Assembly (NCBI GenBank): GCA_050012075.1
Contig: JBEKHW010000001.1
Span: 132,766 to 196,765, forward strand
Source: Candidatus Omnitrophota bacterium
GTDB lineage: Bacteria > Omnitrophota > Gorgyraeia > Gygaellales > Profunditerraquicolaceae
Direction: 5' to 3'
DNA length: 64,000 nucleotides
Program-made: the position numbers and the translations under genes
The notes under the pieces: model-generated
Databases searched by the model: none
Told to the model about the DNA's origin: nothing
The model's input: the letters and a program-made list of their open reading frames with translations, nothing else
Shown here: piece after piece, positions 30,001 to 45,000 of the stretch
Position numbering within the stretch: the stretch's first letter is position 1
Layout: every line of letters begins with the position of its first letter

Positions 30001-33000
30001 TGATGCTGATAAAGAACCTTCTTAAAGCTTTCCCGAAAATAATCAGATCTTGCGTTTGCTGCAAGAGAAGCGGACCGAATTTCTTTGCCTCGGCTTCAGT
30101 CAGGCCTCCTTCTGGAATGCCTGCCTCGCTTACTTCCGCTGTTAAATCTTCCAGTTCCACGCCATTCTCGCCTTTGACGCCGATCTCCTGAAGCATGCCT
30201 TGAAGCCGCTTTAATTCCTCTTCCTGCGCCAGGACAAAAGGATCTACCTCTTGAGGGGCTTTTTGCTCTATCGCTTCAACTTGCTTTCCCGCTATCTCTG
30301 TGCGTTGCTGTACAGCTTCATTTGCCAATTTGAGCGTCGCCGATACTTCATTGAGCCCGGCAGCATCAGAAAGGATATTTCCGGCTGATTCAATTGCCTG
30401 CCCTGCCTTAGCGAGGTCACCTGTCGTAATTGCGGTTCTTGCTTCATTAAGAAATACATCAGCTTGCCCCTGTTTCTCCTCCGCTGCTTTTTCCTCGGCT
30501 GCCACCCGCTGAGATTCTTCTAATCTGGCGACTTCTTTCTTCTCTTCCTCGTTTATCCGAACCCTCAGCTTCCTCGCCTGTTTTGTCCGGCCGCTATGCT
30601 CTTCTGCTTCCCTTACTTTTGCGCGCGCCGCATTGAAATCTTTCTGCTCCAAGAAAACTTCCGCCTCTTCTATGATCTGCCTGCGTTCCCTTATTATCTG
30701 TTGAGAAGCATCGATTATCTCTTGCAACTTTGTTACTGCATTTAACAACTGTGCCTTTTGCTCCTCTATCTTCTTACTAAGTTCGTCTTTGCCAAGATCA
30801 AAAGAAGCAGAAAGCAACTGCCCTATCCTTGCCTTTGCGCTTTCTACCGCTCCCAGGTCTCCTCTCTGTCCCTTTCTGACTGCGGCTTCTGCCCGTCCCG
30901 ACAACTCCCTTATCCTGAGCAGGCATTCTACTGCCTGTTTTCTGGCAAGGAGAGTATAGGAATCCGGTATACTTGTTAATGCATATTCCACTAAGTTTAA
31001 GGCCTGCCTAAATTCTCCTGACTCTACCAATCCCTGAGTTTCCTCCATGGTCTTTCTTTCATATAGCACAGGTATGAATTCGTGGGGCGCAGTAAGAGCT
31101 TTCCTTATTCTCGCCAATTCAGGCAGGACCTTGTTGAAGATGGGATTATCCTGCTGATTCATCATCTGCGAGCTAAATGCGTTAGAGAACCGTTGCCCAT
31201 CTACCAAAATATATGGCAGAACTGCTACTGCGCGGCCAGTCCTAAGATATTCGGCTAAGCACGCTGCTGCTTTAGGATTGAATACAGCCCCTTCTCCTGC
31301 CAATTCCCGATAAGGCTCTTCTTCAAAAATGGCTCGGTGCTCCCGGTCATAAAGCACTATGGGTATGGCGTCCTGCATTGTTCCGGCATCATTCCGCAGG
31401 CGCCATTCCTGATTTAAGTAAATATAGAGCAAGGGAGGAACCCCTTCGGAGCCGCTTCTGGCTTCTACCTTGTTATATGCTTGAGGATTGTTAATCACTA
31501 AGCGTATTAAATCCTCTGTGCTTAAGATCGGAGCAAATCCCAGATAAAGCATGGCCACCGGTTCATAAGGACCGACCAATTTCCTGCTTGCATCAATAAT
31601 GCGTAAACAGCTTTGATTAAAGTTACCTCCCTTCCTGGCTAAAGCGAGGACATGTACCATCTGTCTTGCTGCAGCATGCCACATCAACCGCCTTATCTCT
31701 TGAGGATAATCTTTTAACTGATTGTTGCACCAGGCAGAAGCATCCGGTTCCGGAGGATGCACTGTCCAGGCATTAGAGGGATTGGTTGAGTTATCTTCAT
31801 TGAGCCCGCGCCAGTCAGTCAGGATTTCTCCTGCTGCGGTCCAGACACATTCTGCATTTGTTGTATTTATTGCCTTGCATATCCCTTCTTCCAGCCAATC
31901 GCCGATAGCATAATTATCAATCAGCAAGTCATTCCAGGCACAATAAGCCAATACCTCTGTACAAAGGTCGCTATATTCCGGTTCAAGCAGGACGTTCAAG
32001 AAATATCCGTAGCCAATGCTCTTGGCCTTAGGATACCGAGCAAAAGGCAGATATTGACAAAAATAGGCATATCTCAAGGCATAATAGAATCTCCTGGAAA
32101 CCGCATCTACATATATATCGCCTACCGGACAAGCAGCTTTCTCTTCTTTAGTATCCTCGTTTGCCTTATCTGCGCCTTGCCGGCCAATAAACAGATAATC
32201 AACGCCTCCTACGATAATACGGTTATCTTTATCCGTCCAATTTTTCTGTTCCCGCAGCATCTCTAATAATTCCGGCCATTTCTCCGCAGCATATCTATTG
32301 GCTTCCGAATCACTCACTGTGATCCCGGGAAGCGAGGAACTCATCAGATAAATATCCAATACCGCTACATCTGTTACCGGCCCTTTGAATATGGCTTCAT
32401 CTTTCATGAATACCCTGATAACAGTATAGCCACTGACCGTAGTAAGCACATCCTTCCGGAATATCGGGCTTCCCTTCCCAGGAGTATCTTTTAATTTCTC
32501 CGCTATCTCCTTTCCCGAAAGCATAGGCGTGATACCGAGGGCTAAAAGCGCACGTAAGAACGGCAGGTGCGGATAGAAAATTGCGCCTGCTGCATAGATA
32601 ATCGGCACTGAGCGGCCCTCGCCAGCCAAATAATCTTTGATTGTGTCTAATTTATTAATGATTTCTTCGTAGTCCAATGATTGCATACACTCATCTATTG
32701 TTTTGATTACAGATCGCACGGTATTTTCTTTTTGCTGGTCATTCGGCCCGGCTGTATCAACCGTATGTGCAATCTCCGGCTCTTGTCTTGTATCTGCTAG
32801 CTCCTCTGTGTCATAAAAAGCAAATATTGCACCCGCATAATAATCCATCATAAACCTGACAAAATAATTCGCATAATCTTCATTTTTCTTTAACTCATTG
32901 ATATCATTCGTATCTATATCGCAGAGGTCTTTTTTAGTAAGATAGCCGGCCTTGATTGATTCCACTTTACGATAAAAGTCTTCTCTATTGGCCGGCCAGA

Positions 33001-36000
33001 AATAGGACATCCCGGCAGATAATTGTTTCTTGAATTTATCTATTTCCAGCTCATATAGGAGATTGAGCGCTGAACTATCAACCTTGCTCCACACATCATC
33101 AGGAAGCTGATATACCAGTTCTCCTAACTTTTTGAGGATTCCTATATAATATTTCCAGCGTGTCGTATTAACATCACTAGTTGCGTTTACTTCGCGACAT
33201 ATTTCTCTGTATTCATCCGCCATAGCTACCAATATCTTCCTTTGTTCTTTAGGCAGCCAATGCGGGACTATTGCGCGCGCCTTTGCCGCAATCTCTTCCG
33301 AAAGTCCTTTTAACCCCGGATCATTCAGCATTTCTCTAAGCCCTGCTTCCAGAATCTCCTGCGCTGCGTCAAAGTCGTTCTTTTGCAATACCCCGCTTAC
33401 TTTAGTCTTTATCTCATTTAGCTTCTGCTCTTTTTCAGCTCTATTAGCTTCATTTTTCTTTGCTCTTATCCTGCTTAAAAGAAAAGTGATATCCTGATCC
33501 TGGAACCTTTTGCTAAAGTTTTGCGTTACTGTCTCTTCTGCTGCAGTAAGTTCTCCTGCGGCTATTTGTGCTTCGGCATAAGCAAGCACTGCTTTTTTCT
33601 TTCTTGCGGAAAAATCTGCCGAGACTCGCTCTCTCTGCTCCTTGGGCCACCTACCCCATGAAGCGGCTGTCTCATTCCTTATCAACTCCAGCGCCTGGGG
33701 ATATTGTTGCGTATTAATTAATTCATCTACCTTGGCAAAAATACGTTCTACACGCTGCTTCTCTAATAAGCCATTTGCCGCTTCTGTAGCCTCCTGCTTT
33801 TGTCTTATATCCTCTTGTATCATTGCTTCTGCCTGATCCCTTGAGATAAAGACCTCCTCTATAAATCGCTCTTTATCCTTCCGACTAAAACCTACTCTTC
33901 TCAACTCCTCTGCCAAGCATAGAAGCCCGCTTGTATAAACCACAACCATGGGCACACCCGAAAGCACTGCCTGGCCGCTCAAAATTAACTGATGCGCGTC
34001 AGCCGGGTTTGTCAGAATCCTGCTGAACCGCTTTGCGCTCCCTTCATCAAAAGTAAAGAATATTAATTCTTTAGCCGGCTTACCGCTGATTGTAATAACA
34101 TCCTCGGAAAAAGTAAGGGTATGCTTCATACCTTCCCTTACATATTGGACATTACTGCTTCGATGCTTGCTTGACGGTTCTATTTTAGAAATTACGCCAT
34201 CAGCGACCTGCGCAGGGCTAAGATTGCTCATAAAATGATGCTGCATGGCAAAACTTATCTCTTCCCCTGTCTGCGGGACGCAATAAAGCAGTTTCCTCTG
34301 CCCGTCGGCATTAGCCATAACGTCCAGCAAACCTAATCCAATCGTTTCCAAGTCGCAGGATGAAATATCTATCTGGCATTCTTGCGCCGGAGAAAATTCC
34401 TGAGCCCCAGCCGGCGAAGATGCCTGCTTTGGATTTAAGATGCAGTCCATTGCCTGGTAATCAGCCGTATTTAACCCCGGTATAAAGACAAAATCGCCTG
34501 CTATCTGTTTTACGCTGTCCGTTAAGCAAATTTCTCCTACCATAACGCCCTCTTTAGCACTATCAGATATGCTCTTTAATAATCTTGCGAAGAAAATCCC
34601 CTGTCCGGGCATCGGGCGTTTCTTAAAAACCTCCAGCCAATCCCCGGCTGCTTTCAATGCTCTTTCAAAATCTGAAGAGAGGCTCATCTGCTGCCCTAAT
34701 ATCACATAGCCGCCTAAGAGGGGCATTGTTGCTTTGTCCCCAAGAGATACGCCCCACGCTCCTATTTCAAAGAATGACCTTTTTGCCATGGCAAGAGTTT
34801 TCTCAGACAAATCATAATCCTTTTCGGAAAACGCCGTGTGCGCTATCATTGTTTTCCAGAAAAGCTTAATAGTGAACCCGATAATCTCATCCAATCTAAC
34901 CAGCCCTCTACTGATATCATCTGATAAATTGGGAAGACTGTTCATGAGCGATACGTTTTTACGCATTTCCTTTAAAAGCGCAATGCTATCGCCAAGCCAG
35001 CATTTCAATACTCTTTTAATGATAGCGTTTAAGAATCGTATCAAATAAATATCTTCTTCTTTCACGTCCTGGCGCGAATTCCATTTGATAAATAAACGCA
35101 GCCCCTCTGAAAATAAGCTGTGCGCCTTTTTAAAATCACCCTTCTCCGCAAAAACCAAGCTCAAGCGGCAATAAGCGAGTATAAGGTAATGAACCTGACT
35201 AAGCACGCCTTCGTTGGGCCCTTGTTCCGGTTGCGCGTCAATAATCTTTCTGGCTTCCTCTGCAAAGATAAGCGCTTCGTCGTATCTATTATAGCTTATC
35301 CTTGAATTCGCCCGGCGCATGAAAGATTCACAATTGGCAGCATCTGTTTGCTTCGACATAGCCTGACCTGTCTCTGCCTGGCTTACCGATGGAGATGAAC
35401 CTCTTTCTGGATTTATACCAGTTTTCTCTCCTGTTTTCTGTTTATCCCTGCGGGAGAAAGCGGCGCCCAGCGCTGTCAAGAACAAACCTAACACGCATGC
35501 TTCTATAATTGTTAACCGCCGGTCGAAATTACTTTGTGGCTCTGCCAGAGTTTCTTCTTGGGATATTGATTTGGCCTGTTCCCCTATAGTTACCTTAACA
35601 GGCACAAGCTCGTTATTATCGGTAGTTATTCTTACGGCGGGCGCAGGGCTAATTTTTTGCGCCAGGCCTTGCTGGTTACGCACAACGCATGACGTAAACA
35701 GGCAAAGAAGCCCCGGCGTAAGAGCAATGAGTATATATTTAGCGGCGGGCGATGAGCCCTTGCCTGCTTTATGTTTTTTCTTTGTCTTAGCCTTTTCCGC
35801 TGCTTCCTTTTCTAACTGCGCCTTCTTTGCCTCCTCCAGGGCTTTAGACCTGCCTGAATCTACTTCAGCAAGACAGGCGACGGGGAAATTCTGGCGCGTC
35901 GTAGAACCCTCAAGCAATCCTTTCCAGGAAAAGTTAAAATCAACGTAGCTTCCCTGCTGCTTCTCGCCGATTTCTGCTAGTATCTTTTCTATTATGGATA

Positions 36001-39000
36001 TCTCCTTAAGGTTTATCAGGGCGTAAACCAAGGCTTCCTTGATATAAACGCTGAACTCCTCCGGAGACAGCTTCCATTCCCCCCTGTGATTATCTATCTG
36101 GGCAACAAACCGTTTCGGGCCGTAATGGCCTTGTACGACTATCTTTCTATATTTCCTGCCGGCAGAAATAAGCTGGAGATCGTCAGTTACAACAGTTAGC
36201 TCGGATAATCCCCAGGTGGACTTAATCTTTGCTATAATCTCTTCTTTAACTGAATATTCTTTTTTCAAGCAGCTGAGTATCCTGTTTGTCAAGGCTGAAT
36301 CAAATTCAACCAAGGAATCTAAGGGCTGAACATTCCAGCTATTGCCTTGAATGCTATACCTTAGAACAAACTGATCCGTCCCGACCGCACCTGATATTTC
36401 TGCTGCTGCTACTTGTCGCGAGCCTTTCTCGGCCATGAATCTTATATTTTCCTTGTCTATTACCGGCGCCTGGGTAGATACCGTAACCACGCGTTTCGGC
36501 GTTACGGCAGGGGCACTCGGAGTGACGTCTCCACTATTGCCCACCAATCCTTTATATAGCGGATCGTTGACCAAAAGTTGCAGGTAATCCTTATTCCCTA
36601 CTGCTACATTATTCTTTACTATCTGCGCTTCAAAATCAGAGATCTCTGCGGGGTTGCCATTGGCATCCAGCGAAGGCATCTCCTTATTAAACAAAGGCTC
36701 ATAATTCCTGCTTAACTCTTTCTCATTGATGCTTTCTATCGCTTCCTTGTTGAACGCTTTATCTTCAATCTGCAGTATCTGATAACCCTGACTGCTTAAG
36801 AATTCGTATATACTGCGCAGCCCATGCAGAACCTCGTGTATCTCGGCCTGCGATATTACAGGCACTACGACATCCCCATCTCCTTGCGTATATGTTTTAT
36901 CAATTGCGACTACCAAATAATATCCCGGTTTAGTAAAATATTGGGCTTGCCTATCTATCTTAATAAAACTAACCGCGCTTAAAGGCGCTTTTATTCCCAC
37001 CGCATTAACCTGGAATCCTTTTCCTCCGGTATTTATAGGCAGGATCTCCAAATTAAAGATAACAGACCCTGCTTTCTCTTCTTTATTCTTTAGGCTTAGA
37101 TATATTTTCTTACCGGTAAGAATACTTACGGCCAATCCTAAATTATATAGCCGATGCTCATTGCGAATGAATTTTCCGTCTTGCGCGAGCTTATCCAATC
37201 TGGCCTGAATGTGCCCATTAGCTGAATCCTGGACCTGTCCGGGGATTATTTTTAATACCTTCTTTTGCTTGGCGGAGCTAATATAAGATAGGAGCCGATT
37301 TTCTAACCCGCCAAACACTTCCTTGCCCGGCTCGGCATCCAGCGGCGCGCTCTTAGCGCTGCATATTTTATCAGCAAGATGCCTGAGGCGGTCTGGCTGG
37401 TTAATGTCAAGTAAAGGACCTTGGCGCTTAGACTGTGGCTCGCTCTCTTCGGATTGAGTTTCTGATGGATCTTCCATAATAGGATCCGGGTGCAAGGTTA
37501 AAGATTGCCTGGGGTCAGACGGTTCGTTTAATAGCGCTACCGCTTCTGTATCCGTTATCCTTTCCATCTCGCGCCTATGAGTATCTTCATCTATCATATT
37601 TTCTGTAAACAATCGGTCTACGATTTCCCTCTCCTGCCTCAAGCCTGAAGAATGATCATAGGCGCTTTCATGAGCCCAGGCGCAATAAAGCCGCAATGGA
37701 ACACCTTCCTTGGTCGGCCTTAAAATAAGGGCGGAGAATGTGGGTATGCCATCCACGCTACAGCCGTATGTCTGTTGAGCATTGACTTTTATCCTTCCGG
37801 TATCCGAAACAATCCGGAATTTGCATTGAACAGCGGACTCGCCTTTCCTGGTTATTGTCAACTTCGCAGGCAGGGCTAAGATTATATATAACCGGGGAGC
37901 TATCTTTATCATTCCTCCGCAATAACGCAAAATCTCATTCTTTGCCGCCAGGAGATAGTTAATATGCTTTTCTGTGTTTGTGGCGAGGACCTTCTTTCCG
38001 GCTTTGACGATATGGGCAACTGGCGTTTGCGTATCCATGCCTTCAATAGAAATATACTGCCCCTCCTGCATCGCCTGCCATAATGCCCGGCTCTCAAACT
38101 CGCCAAAAGTCCCGTCGCTGGAATAATCTGTTTGGCCAAATTCTGCTATTTTTATATCTATAAGTTCGCGGAGTTCATCTGATATCTGCATAAAGATATT
38201 CCCATGCTTTTCTTCCAAGCCAGACCAAAGCCGGGATATCGCCTTGGGGTCCTGACTGTATAACTTCTCCAAGCGAGCCCAATCAATATTCCCTGTATGC
38301 TCCTGTTGTATTATAAGTTGGAGCGCATATTTAAACGCGCTTTCCAGATTCGGCTTCTTTGCCGCTTTGTTCTTTCCCCGGCTTGTTTCTTTTTTAGCGG
38401 CCTTCGCTCCTTCTATAGGCCATGGTTCTTCTTCTCCGGTCAGCACCCTTATAATCCGTTTTATGATCAGGGAGTCCGGGGCAACTCTTGAGTGCGGATT
38501 TTGAATATATTCAAACGCTTTGACAATATGGCCCAAAGGATAGCCCGCGAAATTATCTCTCAATGCCTTTACCAATTCGGGTAGCTCGGAGAATCTCCCG
38601 TGAAAGCCAATCTGAAGCTCATGCATAAAGGTAAGGAATCTTTTTTCTTCTGTCTTTCCTTTTGTGGCGTCATATTCCTTGTTTAATTCCTCGGCTAACC
38701 CTTTAACTTCTTTTGAAGCTGCTTTCTGTAATCCGGCAATAACTTCAGGCGGCATAAATGCCCCTTGTAAGCGAGATAACCCTGTCTGTTCTGTTTCTTT
38801 ATCCGGGCCCATATGCCTATGCCTTCTCAGGGGGCTGGATGCCTTACCTTGCTTGGCTATCGGAAGATAGACCATAAAATAAGTCGTATTAATGCCCTTG
38901 ACAGTGCGGCAGACGACATTAATACTCCCTCCGTAAAGAGCTACGCAATGCCAGGCATTAGTAGTGCCGATACCTTTGCCTCCCTTCCTGGCGCTGACCC

Positions 39001-42000
39001 CTAAATCAAAGAGTTTCTTGCGTCCTGCCAGTACAATGGATGTCGGTTTCAGTAGATCCTCGGGAATGGGCTGGCCTTTATTGGAGACAATAGCAACAAT
39101 CCTGTCTTTTGTGCGCCTTAAAATGACCCTGACATCAAAAATACCTTCATCCCTCTCAAAGCTATCCGCCCAACCAACTGCATTGTCAACAAAGTCTGCG
39201 AAGGCACTGACCAGGTTCCACTTATCGCTTCTGACAAGAAGATGCGCATAAGAACCAAAATCCTTGGTTATCCTTGCGCGCTTACCGCAGGCAGACTGGA
39301 TAATACTGCCGATACGATGCCTTTCTTCTCCTATTAAACCGTTGACGAAATTCAGCCGGCTCTGTGAAATATCAATTGTCTCCTGAAGCGGTTTAAAAGC
39401 CCGTTTGAGCCGCCAGGTCAAGTCTTTATAATTCTTCAAGACATCTCTTTTTTGTTTGGCAAAACCGACTATACTTTCAAAAACCTCTATATGCCTCCTG
39501 GCTGTGCGCAGTTTAAGCCGCGGATCGGCTATGGCTGCTTGGGCAGCGCTATGGATATTAACAAATCTTTCCCTGAGCCGGTTTAACTCGTTAAGAAGCC
39601 TTTCCAGGTTGAAGTTGGGAGCTTTTTCCTGCAGCAGCTTTCTTTCTTTTATCTGGGAAAGCGTCAAGAACGTTATCGTCTTTCTGGAACGGTCTCTGCA
39701 ATCAAGGATAAGCTCAAGGCCATGGTCAATACTCCTTAAAGCAACAGCCATGCGCTCTTTTTCCACTGCCACACTTGCCTTTTTCAGTGCCAGCCATTCC
39801 CTGAAATCCCTCTTTTCTTTAACTGCCGGCCTTCCTGCCTTATTCAGGATGACTGATTGCCCGATAATGATCTCTTCAGGTCCGACTTCATCAACCAAGT
39901 TGGCAATCGCGTATAAGGAGCGTCCTTCCTTTTCAACCAAACCAAGGGCAGATAAGGCCTGAACAGCGCCCTTGACTTCTTCCTGCGCAAGCCCGAATGA
40001 ACGCGCCATGTATCGCACCGTGCCTGCCTGGCCATGGATGACTTTGCCCATAAACATTTTTGTTAGCAATTCAGTCGGGGTAAGCGGAGAACTGGCATAT
40101 TGCCGATGCTCAAGTACGGAGCCTTCTTCAACATGCTTCAGATTATTTCTTGGGCCCGACAGGAAGACATCCATATAACCGTATCTGGTTTTAATAATAC
40201 ATTCTTTTGACGGCACTCCATAAGATATCCCTTGGCTGACAACAGAGATAATTTCTCCTATGCGCGCCCTTCCGGAACCGCTGAAATCAGTCGGCTCAGC
40301 CCATAGGACGGATAAGTCAAAACCATTTATCTGCGTCCGGGCAGCCAAGCACGGTAGGTAATAAAAAGCGCGTATGCAGCGGGAAATGTCCTTCATCGGC
40401 TGGTGCCAATCAATATACAGGTGCTGTTTAAGTTCGCGCGCCCGGGCAGTCGGATGGGTTGGGCCCTTCTGCGGATAGAAAATATCTTCCCCGCGAATAA
40501 ATGCTTTAATAACGCGGTGCAGAAGTTCGGCGCTTACATAAGCAAGCCTTCTGGTCAAAGACAATGCTGTATCGCTTTCGGTTATGGATATACCGGTAAC
40601 CTGTCCTGCTATATCGCCTCTGTCATACTCTTCTGAAACCTTGTGCACGGTAATGCCGGTTTCCCGCAAACCATGTAATATAGCGCCTATAACAGGCGCG
40701 GCGCCCCGTAGCCTTGGTAAAACAGAAGGATGCACGTTCAAGAAGACTCTCCGAGGCATCTCTATCATTTCGCTATCGAACTTGTAGGGCCAGACAGCTG
40801 AAACCATTATATCCGGCTTAAATCCACTCAGCCTATCTTTAAGATATGGCGTGTGCGCTACTACTTCTATTAAGGGAATATGCCTGGCGCTGGCAACCCT
40901 GATAATGTTCCCGCTCTTTAGCCCTGTAACCACACAGCGGATAGGATAAGATTCCCTGATAAGCCCTTCCAATACAGCCATCCCAATGTAACCGCCTTCT
41001 GAAAAGAGGACCAGCGAAGGTTTCTGCCCTGTAACGGCAGGAGAAGAGGCACTCATAAGGTACTCAAATAGCTGAGGGCTCTTGCGCGCCATCATCTGGG
41101 TCAAATCAGCATTTACATACTCATAGACCTTTGAAGCCCCTTGCGGAACGCATTCATTGAAATCCGGCTCTTTAGATAAAAGCCTGTAAGCGAAGTGAAC
41201 AGCGATATCCCAGCATCGCGTCAGGCGGGCCGTCTCTTTCAAGGATATATCAAGATACCCAAAACCATAAAGGCTATTTTGCGAGGGATTCTGCAACTTC
41301 TTGCCCTGGTTACGGGCATATTCAATCTCTTCCCGAGGATATCCCGTAAGCCACTGAAAATATGCGAACCCATCCTGAGCTCTTTTTGGGTAATTCAAGA
41401 TATAATTGCCGATAATAAGGTTTATCTTCCTGCGTAATATTTCTACGCTATCACTGCTATCAGTCAGGATATCCCAATCCTGCGCAGGGAAAAACCCGAT
41501 CTCTTTTAAATACCTGGCTTCTTCTTTATGCATTCTTTCTATCAGGTCATACAAATTAACGACTTGCCCGCCTAAAAGCATGATGCCTAAAGAGCTGATT
41601 AGTTTATTCTCGAAGAGCTCCTTGGCGATATCCTCTCGCATAATATCATCGTCATGGGAGCTAAGGCAACCTGGTCTTAACCCCAGGAATACAAGCAGCA
41701 CACCCGGCCTTAAAAGTATCTTTCTGGATCGCGGGCTAAGCTGGCGGTAAATCTCCCTGACAATAGGAGCGCGCTCCAGTAATATCGCTTCCTCTTCAGC
41801 ACTTAGCATTGGAGGTATCCTTGCTGATATCGGGTCTTCATAACGCTCTCCTGTTACAAGCTCCTGTCTTTCTTCTAATATCCTTAACGCTTCTTTCTTC
41901 CTTAAAACTATGAATTCCGGCATGTATGTATCGGCAAATTCCTGCTGGACTCTGGCAAGCTCCTGTGGAGTAAAATATGCCTTCTTGATAGGCTGCCATT

Positions 42001-45000
42001 GCCTAAGATAATCGTCGTATTTTGCCACAAGGATGCGCCCTTCCCATTCTTTGCTGAATTGGCCTAATGCCGCGTCTACAACAACCTGCTCTTTGCCTTT
42101 AACAAGGGGATAGGAATGTTCGATCTCTCCTGCAATCACTGTTGATCCCTCTATTTTAACCTCGCTTGTTATCTCAAGGGTATTAAAGGCAGCGGAAAAA
42201 CAATTAGAGAATATCTGGCACACGCCACTGTCAGGCGCCTTTCGTGCACGTAAACGGCTGTATTCCATAACATCATTATTGTATAAGGTCTTGCGCAGGT
42301 CTTTTTCCTTCAAACACGATAACATCCTGAATATCTCTACCTCATGCCCTAACAGGCATCTTCTTGTTTCTGCGGCTGTAACAGGCTTTGCCTTCAGCGG
42401 CTCAAAAAGAGATACCAAATAAATCACTGTCGCAAGAAATGCCTCTCTGTATTCCTGCTCGCAGTTATTCCTCCTGCTTTTTAACGCCGCCTCTAAGACA
42501 GGATGTAAAGGCAGGATATTCTGGAAGGAATGCAATGCTTGTTCTGTTTCCGGATTATCCGGTAAATTAGAGCTGTCAGAGTTTACAGCAGCCATCTGTA
42601 TGCCTTTTAAGATATCTTGCGGTTTTACGGATTGGCGCCTTGTCTCTTGTTGTATCCATGAAGACAACTTGCCTGCTAAACGCATCTGTTTCACATTAAG
42701 CGGTTTTTGCCGCTGTGCCTGCTGCTTATTCTCTCTATTAATACCGTTATCAAAAATCGCCTGGATCTTCTGGTAAGGGTCAGAAGTGTTACTGCTATTC
42801 CCATCTGCAGGAGAAGAGGATGTTACACGCTTATAGCTTCCTTCCCTGACCACTAATTCTTCAAACTCTCCACCCAAGAGCGCTACGTCAACAATCGCCT
42901 CTAACGGTATCTCTACCCTTATAACCTCTCCGCCATCTTCTGCATGTTCCTTTGCGTATTCGATATGACGGGTAAAATAGGCAGGGTCTTTTAATTCTAT
43001 ATCGACCCCTTCAAAAAAGCCCTTCTGCTCCGAACCATGATATAGCCTAAACGCCCGGACATCGGGGAATTTATGCATTAAATACCAGGTGACCATCCTT
43101 TCGTATTCATGATGGCGTATCTGTATTGCATTTACTATTGTCCTTCTCTCTGTCTTCTTAAACTTCATGGCGTCAACCACGAAATATGGGCATTGCTGTA
43201 AGGCGGCTAAGCCAAGTTCGACTTTTTCTTCAAAGTTTAACTTTTCATCGATCCAATAACTGGATACATTAAATATACTGTAGCGCGTGCCCTTGACGGT
43301 TTTTTCAAGATCCAATTGCTTGCCCCTGAAAGGATCTATTCCTCCTTTTTTCTTTAGGGATTCTATTGCCTCCGATAATTCGGCCCTCCCGGTCTCTATG
43401 ACTTCGAATAACCTCATCACTGAATTAAAAATATGCGGCTCCGTAACAAGCTGTAACATGAAATAATTCCAGCGATGGGTTTCTATATTGAGAATATCGT
43501 CGCTCCAGTCATACCCTATTAATTCATCATCCAATCTCTTGGCAAGATGCTTTATCATGCTTATGAATTCTCGCCATGAATCCCCGAATTCCGCATCCAG
43601 CATAGCAAGCTTTGTAGCCCTCTCCCGGAATTGTTTCCTGCCTTTAAGCAAAACCCTAAAATCCTCGCCAGCCGGTGAACTGCCTTTATCAAACTTTGTA
43701 TTCTCGATTATGCCTGCGGTCCTCTGGCTGCCTCCCGAGCGCTCTTTATCCGATAGGGAAATAGTTATCAGGAACATATAACTGATGAACATCACATAGG
43801 CCAATTGCAAGCTAGGCGCATATTGCAATACAAAGTAGGTCAAAGGATGCGCAAAAAGGAAGATGGACCAGGCCTTAAGCGAATCCGCGTACACCCGCCC
43901 TTTCCATTCCGGGCTAAAAGGGGACAACTTTATCTTATGCCAATATGCCGAATCAAATAACCCCGTAAAGGTATGATACAGGAAGAAAAAGATAAAGGAT
44001 GTCCAGATGAACTGGTCAAATGCTATCTTAACCAAAGGATACAACCCTGCTGCCGGAATATATGCCTTAAGCATGCTATACATGAAACGTAGCAGAACCG
44101 CTGTTACTGCAAAAATAGGTATCCGGTAAGAAAGACGGTACCATAAAGGAGACACCTCTCCCGCATGGTCAGAAGTGCCTTTTATGCGGGACAAAGACCA
44201 GGCAGTAAGCTCGGTAAAAATACCCATGATGACAACGGTGATCAAAACGCTGACGGAATACGGGTATTTCTCGTCAATAAAGACCCTGAAGGCCTCAAGG
44301 GCCTGTGATACCGTTGAGAGGCCGAATATACCTAAAGACAAACCTGCCAATCCGGCTGCTATAAGCACAATAGTCAAATAATATTTCTTCTGCCAATTCT
44401 TCTTAACCTGCTCTTTATAATCACGGGCTACTTCTTTGAAAGATTTCCCGCAGATGAATGACAGCGCCAACACCCCTACTATTGTTATGGCTGCTGTTAC
44501 GCCTACGGCAACAGGTGCATTCAACAAGAAAGCGGCGATAGGAGAAGTTGACATATTCTGTAACCATGGCGCCAACAGGTTGACTCCCCAAATAGCAAAT
44601 ACACCGCTGCCTATAGCCAACAATTGTGTCCCCGACTCGCGTAAGAGGCGGTTATTCCTTTTTTCCGGCATAGCCGAGGTTGAAGCAGGAGAGCTGGATT
44701 TACCGCGGATACCGACATTGTTCCTGATTATTCTAAATAAGCGCCTCTTTGCTTTTTTGGAGCTGGCAATTAGAGTAGGCAACCTGGACGAGGGCTGCTG
44801 TAATAGTCCCCGGCTAAGAGGCAATAAAGAAGCGCCGTTAAAATCTGAAACCACTCCTCCTGCCTTAAATACAATAAACATGGAAGGAACTGCATCCCAG
44901 AGCTTTGGAGTACGATGAGTATAAGCGATCGGCATCGCAAAATTACTGCTCATTGCCACTTTAACCATATCAAAACCTTGGGTCAGCAAGGTTCTTGTAA

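Noticed and set aside
17053-40035. Five short minus-strand ORFs in other frames (17053-17271, 17746-17934, 23955-24143, 37909-38139, 39844-40035)
   Set aside because: They are out-of-frame overlaps of the main coding frame (frames 0 or 2 mod 3, not 1). Their translations are Arg/Cys/Trp-rich junk-like sequence.
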